A model generated the notes under the pieces. That model ran no database searches and was not told where the DNA came from. It saw nothing but the letters and a program-made list of their open reading frames with translations. DNA of 64,000 nt from Bugula neritina. Lineage: Eukaryota > Animalia > Bryozoa. Where the stretch lies: positions 13,997,801 to 14,061,800 of the forward strand of contig OZ037767.1 of the NCBI GenBank assembly GCA_964035545.1. The letters run 5' to 3'. A program made the translations under genes and the position numbers. The number at the start of each line of letters is the position of its first letter. Within the stretch, counting starts at the first letter, position 1. Positions 51,188-64,000 of the stretch are shown here, one piece after another.

Positions 51188-52493
51188 TAAGGCTCTACAA
51201 ATCATGGGGGTGTGTCAAAGTATTTATGCATGACTGCATGTACATGCTTCACACAAAAAGTCACACTATATCCATATGTATAATTGCAAGGTATAGAATA
51301 GTTAGACATGATACTTTAATTGGTATTGCAATTAGTATCACATATATACAAGTTACCTTAGAGGTACAATGCTTTATTTTGATTAAAGACTATACAGCCA
51401 TACAAGTATAACTGGTACTACAGCATTCAAAACTTTGCTAAGTTAGGTATTTACATGGTAGTTATTTTGCTTTACTTATATTAATCGTTTTCATAAAAAT
51501 TGTATTGTTTGCTGTAGCTTTAATGGGAATCGTAATTTGCTTTTATTCTATGCATGCATACCAATATCAATTGACCCGTATACTATATATATACTCGTAC
51601 TTTGACATACTATTTAGTCTACTGTGGGTTCCCGGTTATCATTTTATGCTAACACTTAAAATCTGTTCAAATCTGATTATATATCAAAAAGTTACAAACT
51701 CTAGAATGGCTATATTAATTTTGTAGTTTTCAGAATAACAATGCATTTAGTTTTGCAATATTCATATGAAATCACAAGTTTCTATGAATACTTCAACCTC
51801 GAGAGATTAAAACTAATTTTTCTATTGCTTCATATAAGGTAACTTGAGAACCTGTTTGTCTTTTATAGTTTCTCGGATTTTACACTTCACTACTCATTAT
51901 GAATACAAAACATACAAAACATACAGTAATTTAGCCCTAGTCTTCCAGCACTTGTATGGTTACAAGCCTGTATGTAAATCCTATTGAGGTAGCAAAAAAT
52001 TTTTGGTACCCAGTCTGTTATTCCACATATTATATTTTAACTGCATATGAATGCAAGGCATATCTTTCATTGCAGTTGGACTTACATGCCGCTGATTATC
52101 TCGAATCACTGCTATAATACGTCTGCTTCTCTTGCCTTCTGCTTAGGCTCAAGAATTTCTACCCAACCCAAGCTCTGATTCTTCTTAGGACTACTTCAAG
52201 ATACTAAGAAGCTAAAGGAAGTAAGATTCAGTTAGATATTGCAATAATATAAAAGTAGGCAAGATACTCAATATTTCAGGACAGCTATAAGTGCTTAGCT
52301 AGAACATAAAATCAAGCTTTTAGTTCTTTTTGTCTTCAACTTTGCATAAAATTCAGCACCGGCTTTATAGCATAAAAATGTAACGTACATATCTGTAGGT
52401 ATAAGTTTTTAACAGGTAAGTAAATCATCTGTTCCCATTTATGCACTACTTCATATGATTGCATTAACTGTTTATGTTGGAATATTCATGATA

Positions 52494-52600
52494 CCTCCGT
52501 ATCTCACTAAGCTACAGTACTCCCTCCGTATCTCACTAAGCTACTGTGCTCCCTCCGTATCTCACTAAGCTACAGTGCTCCCTCCGTATCTCACTAAGCT
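52494..52600. repeat. 29-bp tandem repeat (cctccgtatctcactaagctacagtgctc), ~3.7 copies
   Basis: Read directly, in the first (5'UTR) intron of sulfotransferase B. Confidence 0.9.
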
Positions 52601-53366
52601 ATGAGTACCTAAACTTCAATTCATGACATAGTAGAATATCAGATTTAACTCACAGATCTGTTAAATTCTACCGTTTTGTCCCTATATATACCCATACATA
52701 GGCTACAAAACAGGGTTCAAGCTCTTCTTGAAACCTATGGAATTTTATGAAAAATGATCAGTGAGATATAAAGGGAGCTCCGTCTAATATGATATACTCA
52801 TAGTCATTTATTATAACAATGTATGTACTGTGTAGCGTGTTTACTTTGTGCTAGTCATAGATGCTGTGTATTTGCCCATATAACCGTCTGCTTCTTTTGC
52901 TATACCAAACTTTTCTGTTCATTGCATATCAGTTTCTATATAGCTATACTAGCTGCTACTCAATGCCATTGTTATCTACTATAGCATGCGTATAATAGGG
53001 TAATTATGCTTTTGTTACAATGCAATGCAGTTCCCAATGAAATTTTTAACTGAGCCAAATTGAATTTTTGACTGAAAATCGTGAAGGTATATAAACACAA
53101 CTTAATGCGGTATAGCATGTTAATAAGCACATTGATAAATACAGCTTTCAGATCCATTAATTCAATTCAACGCGAACTTGATTGAACAAAGCTTCGACAT
53201 TTTATTAGTTTTGTCAAAAGAAAACGGATTTAGTTGAGAATCTCAGATTAACTTCTTCTAGGAAAAAAATTTCAGCTCAAAAATGAGGCCTACTGAAAAC
53301 AGTTCAATATATAAAACAATAAATGTATAATACTATAGTAATTTTGATTGTTTTATCTGTTTTCAG

Positions 53367-56300
53367 ATGCCTGGTTCTACAAAACCATCTCATTTATTTG
53401 TCAGTGGAGTCATGGTGTCTATGCTATGTTTATTTTTATTATATTGGAGAAATGAACCGAGTGATTCTTCTTCTAGCCTAACATTGTTTAAACCCAACAG
53501 ACCTTTAGTAAAACCAAAACAATCGATCTTACTTCAAAAATCGGCTGAAGTTTCCCACCAGTCTACAAATGTCCAATCTCAAATGCGCAATAATTTGGCT
53601 CAAACAGAGACGAAAAGAACTGAGTCACGTCCAAAAGCAGCAGCCGTGTTGAAAGAACCAGTAAAGGTGGAGTATATAAATTACAAATTACAAATTATAA
53701 ATGAGCTCCCTTATAATATTTGTTATTATGCTGCATGCATGATTTAAATGGGTTTACTAGTGTTAAACCCCTGACCTTTTTTTTGCGTTATGCTTAAACT
53801 TTCTTTTTGTAAACCTCACAACACGCGGCATCATATGAAAAATAACAATTGTGTAAGGCCATTGTTTATAAAGACATACTATTGCATTGAAATATGTAAT
53901 ATATACTATATGATATATAACATGAATTATGTGATATATAATACATATTACGTTTAGCAATCTAATACATTAATGCCATATAGAGTGCAGTATTTTCAAA
54001 GTGCAACAAAGAATTTTTTAGTATAAAATTGAGTATATATTACTGTTTTGCTGACCAAAACTGTAGGCTTCTATAATAAGCAGTTTGTACGCAGAAGCCT
54101 AAATATTTTATAATCACTACTCCTACATTACCTTAGATATTATACGAAGATTTGTCAACTTGCCCAAAAGCAAGCTATCTAAGTGGATATAAGGCCCATT
54201 GCTGGATGCCAGAAACCAGCAAGAAGATACAGGACCAACCGTAAGAGTAACAGTCAATATCAATATTATAGTATAGTGAAGGTAGAAATACACTTTAACT
54301 CTGTCGTGGAAAATTTTATGGGACAAAGAAAGCAGTTTTGCAAACTAGCAGTTATCTAATATCAAGAATTTTAACTTGTTTTCTTTTTGCAAAGCTATAC
54401 TGCTATAAACAATGCCAATTTTGTCTTAAGGGAATATTTTTTAGCGAATCAAACATCATGTACTGCTTTCCAAACCTCCACCTTATTGGAATGAGAAAGA
54501 GCGCAACAACCGACTTTTCCAAGTGGTTTCGCTACCATTCACAAGTAGTCCATACTCAACAGGTACCCTTATTATGTGCTGAAGTTTTTAACCGTAACTT
54601 TATTAAATTAACTTATACATCTTAACATATTCCATACTATAATATTTTTTTATAAAATGTCACACAGGATTATTGGCCTAGCGAAAAGTTCACTTGCCCA
54701 CTCGAGTATTTCAAAGGAACTATACAAGCTAAGGTTAAACCAGGTGGAAATTACTTGAACATCGGTCCAGGTAAGACGAACATGATTTCTATAGTATATG
54801 GCTCTATGCATAAAACACTAAAATAATTGTAGAAGTCATGCCATTAAACGATAATAACTCAAGGTTAACTTCTTAACATTGCTTAATAGCTCAACATAAC
54901 TCTGTAAACAAAGGAATTTTCCAATAGAAAGTTTTTCATTTCAATAATAGTACTCATATATGCATTTTTTTCACTATATGTCTACCATATTGCTATTTCC
55001 TTGTCAGTTTTAAAATTGACAAGGAAATAGCAATTGTTTCACCTTATTTTTCTGTATAAGGTGAAACAAAAAACTTAACAAATGCAGGCATCTGTTTTTA
55101 CCTGTACAAATACACATTATTACACAAAGCATACGTGATGAAAAGTTACTGAGAACTATTAAAAGCAAAGTTTTATTGTCATTTTGCATTTGTGATATGC
55201 TGTTTGTTTATGCTCAAGTTTAATCAAACATTATTGAAATAAATGTACATCAAGTTTCTTTGTGTTCCATAAAAAGCATTTCTTGACATTTATAAAATGG
55301 AAACCTATTTTATTTAAACTATACATGCATTTTATTATAAAAATCAGTAAAGTCTATAAATTTTACAGGTAAATTAATATCATTTTTATTCTGTGTTTTA
55401 AAGTTTTAAATAATAGTTATAATTCTACCTACTCCTATGGCTTATGCCAGCTAATTTTCAACTTAGTGTCCGTATATATTGGATTGGTTAATAAATATTC
55501 GTATTGTTAAGTAAATACAATTTTTCTATTTGTCAGGGAATATAGCAGTATCTAGAAAACACTGGTCTAATGACACTCATATGAAAGTGGTAACAGCTAC
55601 ACAACTGTTAGGATTCATGGCCACACCTTCTACTAGATTCTACATACAGTTGAGAAATCCTACAGACAGGTGTGTTTATAAGTAACAGCTTTATATATAA
55701 ACCAAGTGCGAGATGTTATAGCCACTGAGGTTTAATGCTGTGCCTTTTTTCTCATCATATATTTTCTTAAAACTCACCATATGGTCATCTTTGTTTAAAT
55801 AAAACACCAAGTTTGACTTTTCTATTTTAGAGGCATTTCTTACTTGTTCCATTGGCATAAACTTGGCCTTGTACATAAAGAACTTACTCTTGACCAGATG
55901 AACGCCACTTTCGTAGACAATGTAATACGAAGGAATCTTCTAGAGCTCAAAGCCTGTCTAGACAAGCTGGGCGAGTTGGGTTGTTTCTACTCATCTAACC
56001 CAAAGGATGGTAAAATGGAGGTATGCAGTATCACATATTATTATAGCCTGCAAGTTTAGGTCTCAAAAGAAAAGCATTTTTGCATGCGAAAATTTATATT
56101 TTATTGTTTTGATTTAAGTTGCTATAAAATATCAATTATTATTTAAATGATATTATTTGTCGAAAATTACAGAGGGCTTCGTTTTCAGAAGTTGTGATAT
56201 GAGGCAAAATATACATATGCACATTGAACCAAAATTACTGACATGTAATTTTATGCTTTTAGGCAATAATTTTAATTTCCTATATTTTTGTTTCACAGTC

Positions 56301-56893
56301 ACTACTTCTCCACAGTCTCTATGTTATTATGATAGAGGAAACATTCAAGTTTATACCCAGAGAGCAGGTTATGATTAAAACTACCAGTGAATACAGTGAT
56401 ACGGTAAACACCTAATTTTCTTTTATAAAATTTTAATAATTAAGTTTTAGCCAGAGCAGACCTCTGGTAGCTCTTGAATGGAGGCAGCAAATCAAGAGGA
56501 AAGTTTGCTAAAACTTTGGCAAAAATGACGTAACTGCTTTTGCACTTAAAAAAATTTGCTCAATCAGCTGTGCTGCTCTGCTTGACAAAAGAAAACCGAA
56601 TATATGTTTTGTCCAAAAATTATCATAAATTATGACTTATTACACCTAAACAACTTTTGCCCTTGTTTTAGATTTCTACAATGAACGAAGTCTCTCAATT
56701 CTTTAACTTTAGCATCAGTAAAGTAACCATCGAAGATAAAAGTAAAAAGAAAGCTAATGTAGGTAACAAGAACCCTGTTTTTGAATCAACTCTGGAATTA
56801 CTTGATAATTTCTTCAAACCTTACAACAAAAGACTGGCTGATTTACTCGGAGATGAAAAGTGGCTGTTTAAAAAAGACAGGAGTCAGAACTGA
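53367..56893 (+). CDS. CHST15-like sulfotransferase paralogue B, ~424 aa; exons 53367-53666, 54137-54240, 54445-54562, 54668-54770, 55537-55669, 55831-56020, 56299-56403, 56672-56893
   Basis: Same exon sizes and motifs as paralogue A ([20 protein letters not shown]); upstream 5'UTR/promoter block ~52045-52220 is homologous to ~42985-43156. Confidence 0.88.
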
Positions 56894-58027
56894 TGGTCTA
56901 AGCAGTCTGTTATTCTAAATTGTGATAATTTGTATTTTCTCTACACAAATCACTTACCAAGATTTCTGGTCAACTAAATTTGGGATTTCTAGCATTGAAA
57001 GTTGATGATATCTACACTGAATCAGAAAAATATCCCAATACATTTTTTATATAACAAAAAACAAGAAACAAATTTTTATTTATTTGTCTGTTTACACAAG
57101 TAAGTAAAATTAAGGTTATTTATTTATACAAATAAAATAGTATACATTTTTTATTTTAATGACAGTACTAGCCTATAAGGACATATTTAAATGCAGATTT
57201 TGAAAGTACATCGAAAGCTCAAATTTTTTATCTCGGTATTAATTAAGCTCGGGTCATTTTAGCGCATGACTTCTTTAAATTATAATGTATATCCTTTCAG
57301 CATAATTGTTTATTTTAATTAAATATAATAGTTAACACTGCACGGTTTTCCATTCTTATAGGTAACTTTTTTACTATTTGGCAAATTCAATTAACAAACT
57401 TGTTTTCTGTGCCTTTTATTAATTCTATACACTAATGCACTTAATTCTGCATCGTTTCTCATAGAAACATTATTACGCAAAATATTTTGCTACTAAAAAT
57501 AGAATCATTGTTAAAAGCTTTTATATATAGTTGGTTTTAAAATTTTTCAAAAGTATGAAATGGAAAATCCCAACATAATATTACTTTCTGTACACAAGGC
57601 AATCGTACACTAATGTATAACCTGGGGTCTCCACACATATTACGGCGTTTTAATACCCTCTCCACTATAATGATGTTGTGCAAACGTACACTGTGACTAT
57701 ATAAATGAATAAAAAGAAACAACTCATTCAAAGTAGTTTATAATTTTAAATTTATATAAACATGTTTATTTTAGATGAACAAATTTTGAAAAATATTGCA
57801 AAATTTCAAGTTCTTTAAATTGTATGCACTTAATGAATTTCTAGTACAGAATACTGCAAATACATTCACACAAACACATGTTTGAATTTGCTAAAAGCCT
57901 ACATATTTGGTAAAAATAGTAATTAAAGATTTTTTTGTAATTTAATGTGTCTTTGTGTATAATGATTATATTGTATTACATTTTACTACTTTATTGTGTG
58001 AGTGAGCAAACATATGATAGCCAGTCA

Positions 58028-60828
58028 TTAGTTAGAAGAAGATAAATTAGAAGATTCTGATGAATTTTGTTTCCTATACCGAGACTTCCTGTTTGATGAG
58101 CGATATTCACTTTTCAGTTGGCTGTTACCTGAAGTCTCTTCTCTGTCTTTTGTTTCTTCGGGTTTTGACTGATTTGTTCTCTCAGGTTCTTTAGTGTTCT
58201 TAGTTTGTAGCTCTTCCGCTTTTACTGTTTGTGTTTCTATTGATGAGTTATATGGCTTCACCAAAGAGGGTTTTACATTTCGTAGCTTCTTCTGTTCATT
58301 GTATTCAATCGGCAATTGTCTCTAACAAAAATGAGCAAATAGAAAAAACAAATTAAGATAAATAATAAACAAAAATGTAGAGCAGTCATTGTAGGCTGAA
58401 ATTTAATTTTCTATGTTATACTCATTGTAAAAACTCATTGTTTTGTGAAATATTTCTATTCTTGTGATATTTTAAGTTAATTTACTAAACATGAATTAAG
58501 TAATTAATAAATTTAGAAATAATTTCTATTCTATTGTAGTAATTTGTGTAACTACTATGCGTGGGTTCCTAGCTTGTAATTAGGTCTATTTATCTACAGC
58601 AATAAAGTATTTAGGTAAAAGCTTCCAAGTTTATTTACTACTAATTATATAAAAGATACAGCACGTACACCGACTAGAGATTACATCTTCGCTTAGTTAG
58701 CACGCTCTCTCTACTGCAAAACTACTACTAACTGAGGCCTATCACGTGACGCACTTGGATAGGCTGAAGGAATACGGGGGACGCGCGCATTACGTCCTTA
58801 CTACACTATTATGCTATAGTCTATGTGATGTTTTATATTAAATAACGTGGATGAAGTTTTAGTAGAGTTGTCTTATTTTTAAAAGTTTTGAAGATTTTAA
58901 CTATTATGCAGATATATAATATAAATAAATTGTATTATTATAATAGTTATAATAAATATTTAAATACTATAATATATTATGAAATTATACATATTATAAA
59001 TATAAAAAACAAGTTTTAAAAAATGTTGTCGCATGGTAATAGTGTAACTTGTAAATGTGCTTGTCTAAAATATAGCTTCATGTAAACATTTTTATATTTT
59101 TTTAACAGCAATGCACTTTCAAACTATTAATAGTTAATTTTGAAACTCATACTGAGCACATATTTTACTGCTGATTAAAAGTTAATGAAAGATATCAACA
59201 TTTTGCTGAATTTAGCAATTTATTTGCTGAGGGAAAGAAAATATAATACTATAATATATTAGTTATGAATTTTCTTTTCAGAATTTCTCCTACAAAATTC
59301 TGCCCAATTGTAGAAGTGGAAAGAAAAAACATACCCAGCCCCCATGACTCTCTATCCAATCATCTACTTTGTACCATCTGAAGAAAAACTTTAACCAATC
59401 AACCAGCTCTAACATTCTAATCACATTTCTAGTATAAAATGCCTCCTCTGCAAGATAGGATGTCAGGCAAATGGCCTGAAGTGAAGAATAAAATGTCAAA
59501 CAAAGTCCTTTAGGTATATTACAATGATACATTCTTTGATACAATTAAACATATATTGCTTTTCACAAAACCTAAGCTATAATGTAACAATGTACGTATA
59601 GCTTTATTGTAATGCAATATTATAAGATGGAGTAATTTACATAGTAATTTGATCAGTGTATATAATATTAAAATATATTATATTATAGCAATGTGGTGAC
59701 TTAAGCTATTGTATAGTAACAGAGAAACTTTTTATAAAATTGTAATATAAATAATTAAATAATTATGTAATGAAATTTGAAATTAAAATGAAAACATATC
59801 TCACTAATAAACATATGTATATAGTATGTTATGTTACTATTACTATAAAAATATTATTGAAGTCATTTACTTTATAGGAATTACTACAAAAATTTGTATA
59901 TTTTAATGAAAATCCTTATGAATAAGAAATGTGCACTGTTTTGGCTTTTTGACTTGATTGTCCAAATTTATTTTGAAATGAAATTCTGTGAATGCACCAA
60001 AATACTTTTTTAATTACAGCTCACCATGACAACAGATGCCCAATCATAGTGAGCATTCTGTAAAGTGTAATGGGGTGCAATGCTAGGCTCATAGAAGAAG
60101 CTGTAAAAGATATACTCGTTGTACAGACGTTGAGCATCTGCTGATGGTAAAGCTGGTAGAACCTGTTTTCTGACTTCTTCAAAATGCAGAAGATTTTCCA
60201 TACTTTTTAAGTTATACTGTTCTGAAATGTAGTTGACGAAAAAATATAAATAATAATATTAGAAAAGCTGTTTAGTTACAGCAATATAACAAAATATGTA
60301 TTATTTATTTCATTTAAATACTGTGTATCCTATCAAGATAAAATATAAAATAATATATTGAATTATAAAATAAGGATGGTGATTAATCTATCATGTTGCA
60401 CTTGCACCAATAAAAATCTTTAGATTTGCTGTTTATATAGCTGTGCTTTCACTAGCTGTTGCTTTAATTTGGTGTGAGCTTTATGCTATCTGATAAATTG
60501 AGATTTTTGGCGTTAAGACTTAGATTACATATGTGTCTAATTTTATCATTTTCTATCAATATTATTATTTTAGACAATTTTTGCAACAAATTGTTTTATA
60601 AAAATTAAACACTGAGTATCTTAATTTTGCTGCCATGATATGATTTGAATTACATTACCATGTCATCTAAAAAATCATATATGCTACAATAGTTTGTGTG
60701 ATGTAGAGTTCCTTGGAGTTATCTTACCAATTTCACTCATGATGTCAAATATAGGCTCAGTTTTCATGTTGAAGTATAAAGTGTGATCAAAATACTTAAG
60801 ACTTTCACTGCCATATTTTCGAAATAAT
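58028..60828 (-). CDS. Divergent Bcl-2 family protein; exons 60828-60728, 60221-60025, 59475-59335, 58321-58028; 5' end uncertain (in-frame ATG at 60767)
   Basis: BH2 motif VDDWIESHGGW followed by the phase-0 intron typical of the family; BH1-like YDWASVVMAICLTSYLA; continuous frame. Confidence 0.75.
58535..58805. mobile_element. Solo LTR (271 bp, TGTAGTAA...TTACTACA, 4-bp TSD CTAT) in a Bcl-2-like intron
   Basis: 8-bp terminal inverted repeat with TG...CA ends; CTAT direct repeat on both sides. Confidence 0.8.
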
Positions 60829-62317
60829 CTAAAATGTCACAATTAAATTTATATTAGTTACATAATATGCAACCAAGTAATTATATAGGTGATATTTGTC
60901 CCTTTTTGGTGACACAACTCTTCAACCCTGCAAAAGATGATGCAAGACCACAAAATTCATTTAAAAATAAAAATTTAAAGCAAGGAAGTTTACGTTGTTT
61001 TCATTTTATACCATAAGTTACTAATCTAAAACACTGAATTTATTTTATCCATATATTATTATACATGCAGAACATCAATTTTTAGAACTTATCTTGAAAG
61101 TTAGACAATTTTTTTTCTGAAAAGTTGACTTAGATAGACACCATTAGATTATTATTTTTATTATAAACTAAAGTAAGTTAAAAAATCAGAAAGCACCATC
61201 ATTTATTAATATTCCAATTATGCAGAGCTGTAGTCATTTTACACAAGGTTATATTGTGTAAATTTATTTACAGATTTCTAAATCAAAAATTCATCGAGTA
61301 CATACAATAACCCGTGAAAGCATTGAAAACTTCATTGCTTATTTTCTATATTTATTCATTTAAAATAAATGCGTTCATATATGGATTTAAAATTAAATAA
61401 TTGCTACTTTGAATGAGTTGTTTATTTATATTTACTTAATCATGGTAAATGTTTGCACAACGTCACTAGTGGGGAGGGTATTAGAAAACTGTGGTCCATG
61501 TGGGGATCCCGGACTGTTTTGATATACAACTGCATTGTGTAAAGAAGTCAATATTATGTCGGGATTTTCCATTTCATTTCGGAGATACCAGATCCAAGTT
61601 TATAAAAAAAACTAATTCAGTAAACTTTTATTTAATATTTTTAGAAATTGTTGAAACTAACCAAAGAATTTTAACAATTTATTTCCTTATTAGCACAGTA
61701 TTTTAAAAAGTGTCTTATGTAATAACAGTTGAGAAGTGATGTGGAGTTATGCATAGCACACACAATAGTGTATAAAGCCAATAATAGGCAGAGAAAAATA
61801 TTATGTTAATGTATTTTATACAAACAAAGCAGTTTTCAGTAGACAAAGAAGTGAAATCATATACATGCAGTGTTAACTATTAAGTTTAGTTAAAAGAAAA
61901 TATTCAAATATAAACATGGTTGGTGATATTATTTAGGTTGAAAAAGAGTATAATGTATAACTTGAAGATTAAGTCATTAAAAATTGACTAATTTAGTGTA
62001 ATAAATGCTGCAAAAATTAAAATATATGCTCATGTGCTGTAATTTTATTAAAATTGTTAAATAAGAAATATTTTCTCTATAATTTACATCTTTATTTAAA
62101 TAAATAATTTTTATTTCATTTATTTATATAAAGTGATAAATGAAAAATGTTTACTGTTTACTTTTAGAAATTGCATTGGGATATGATTATAATACAGTAT
62201 AACTATATATCATCAATTACTTTCAATGCTAGAAATCTCAAACTTTGTTGACTAAAAATATTTGTTTTGATTTGCATAACTGATGCAAAATAACAGAGTG
62301 TAAAATAACAAATACAA

Positions 62318-62539
62318 TCAATTCACACTCCTGTCTTTCTTAAACAGCCATTTTTCATCTCCGAGTAAATCAGCCAGTCTTTCGTTGTATGGTTTGAAGA
62401 AATCATCAATTGTAATTCCAGAGTTGATTCAAAAACAGGGTTTTTTTCCTATGTTTACTTTTTTCATATTTTTGTCCTCAAGAATTTTGTTTCTGATACT
62501 TAATTTAAAGAATTGAGACACTTTGCTCATTGTGGTAAT
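62318..62539 (-). pseudogene. Terminal exon of a third CHST15-like copy, frameshifted (probable pseudogene); remaining exons outside the window or lost
   Basis: Reverse complement aligns to the last exons of A and B; a 2-nt deletion in an A-run gives CCC TGT TTT TGA, and a 2-nt insertion restores the frame only after that stop. Confidence 0.8.
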
Positions 62540-62557
62540 CTAAAACAATTATATATA

Positions 62558-62623
<66 letters not shown>

Positions 62624-62768
62624 TATATATATATAAAATATGTAAAATGTATATTATAATACTAGTTATCAAATAGTGCTCAAAATTTTCTATGAAAGTT
62701 GAGCTAAATACTATAAGTATGAATAAGGTTGTAATTGACTAAGATCTTTTATTTAAAATCAATTATAT

Positions 62769-62818
62769 CACCTACAAATTTGTTTCGTAGCATGAAATTA
62801 CTGCCACTCGTCAGGGTG
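62769..62818 (-). ncRNA. Minimal type I hammerhead ribozyme (Penelope/retrozyme type)
   Basis: Minus strand reads CACC CUGACGA GUGGCA guaauuuca UGCUAC GAAAC aaauuu GUA GGUG: both core motifs, 6-bp stem II, minimal stem III, GUA cleavage triplet, CACC/GGUG stem I. Confidence 0.8.
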
Positions 62819-62934
62819 TTTATACATCACCCTGACGAGTGGCAGTAATTTCATGCTACGAAGAAGTGTGTAGAAGAGGTGTAGAAGTCTTTCTTATTGT
62901 AGAAAATATAATAAAAAAGTCTGTATCCAAGATC

Positions 62935-64000
62935 TGTTCATGACGGACCCCTGCTTCGTGTGGATCTGCTTCAGCAACCCGCAATAGCAGAACACCCATT
63001 GTTCTAGAGCACACTGATGTGGGAATGACGCATCTGGAATAGCCAGGACGTCGGCCCACCGGGTAAAGTGGTCCATCAACATCAGAATCAAAGTGTTTCT
63101 TTGGCAGATAATGGCATATGTTTGACTAAGTCTACCGCCAGTGAACAGCTGGTGCCGATCAGTGGTCTCCGTGGGGCAGCCATGCTAACTAGCCTGGTAG
63201 AGCTTGCACAGCCGTATCCAAAATCACATGTCCTGAGTCAGTCCGGGCTAGTACCACCATAGCTGCAGACATCTAGTTACCTAATTGGCCTCAGCATGGG
63301 TCTGATTATGGGTATCTTAGATCAACTCTTGTTAAAGAGCGCATAGGCAGATCACCCGCTCACCTTTTTTATGACGGGTGTCAGCTGCCAGTGATATGGT
63401 CAACAGGCTATCCTGATTGACCTTGAGAAAATTCCAGCGGCGACAGAAATTTTGGAACTCAACGTCTCTTGTTTCTACTGCTCTTTGCTAGGTCGACTTC
63501 TTTTTTTTGGCTCGGCAGATGTCTGCTACTGTTTTGGTACAAAGTGGGGCTGGCACAGATGGCGTTGACAGCATCTGAGTGAGTTTTGAATTGCATATGA
63601 CCGTGCTCCCAGCTATAGGCGCTGTCCTCCCCCAACTGCTCCTTGGCGTCAAAGCAAGCAAGTCTCTTGTCATGTCTCTCTATGTGCAGGCACTCTTTAC
63701 ACTACTCCTCCAGATGGTGGCTCATGCCATTGGCATTCCCCTATTATTTAACAGCGCAATACTTTATCCTGTAAAAGAATTTAATAAGGATCTTCAAGTA
63801 ACAAGCTACTTGACTCGAAGGTTCAGCACACTTACACAGCCATATCAGTGACGCATGGTCTGTTCGTAGCTTGAACGTTCATCCATGCAATTTTGGCCAA
63901 AAGTGTTTAACCGCCTTGACTGCTGCTAAGAGTTCTTTTCAGGTGGTGCAGTAGTTATTCTCCGCAGTCAAGAAAGTCTTGTTGTAGTAAGACACTACTA
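62935..64000 (-). mobile_element. Heavily degraded Ty3/Gypsy LTR retrotransposon internal region (integrase core; probable gag/pol remnants further right)
   Basis: ILMLMDHFTRWADVLAIPDA...VFCYCGLLKQIHTKQGS matches the Gypsy integrase DxFTRW...GxPxxIHTDQG pattern; GC-richer block with stops and frameshifts; right boundary uncertain. Confidence 0.75.

Overview
AT-rich, intron-rich animal (invertebrate-like) genomic DNA; no prokaryotic features (no CRISPR arrays, operons or rRNA). I assembled genes by hand from GT-AG splice sites with matching phases: (1) the 3' part of a very acidic, disordered protein with an 18x 8-aa coding minisatellite (+); (2) an 11-exon, ~553-aa protein with a degenerate, split TIR-like domain (-); (3) an 11-exon, ~589-aa secreted CBM4/22 + GH10 protein lacking both catalytic glutamates (-); (4) a 5-exon, 180-aa secreted pre-pro-protein (signal peptide, RHRR furin site, 6 Cys), largely missed by the ORF track, whose architecture recalls helical cytokines (+); (5,6) two tandem CHST15-like sulfotransferase paralogues (+) and a frameshifted third copy (-); (7) a divergent Bcl-2-family gene (-) in the spacer of an old inverted duplication. 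Repeats: two tRNA-derived SINE-like families, MITEs (including a young inverted pair), two solo LTRs with target-site duplications, LINE and Gypsy remnants, and microsatellites. A complete minimal type I hammerhead ribozyme lies at 62769-62818 (-), inside a perfect 35-bp inverted repeat. All family assignments come from motif recognition by eye; no searches were run.
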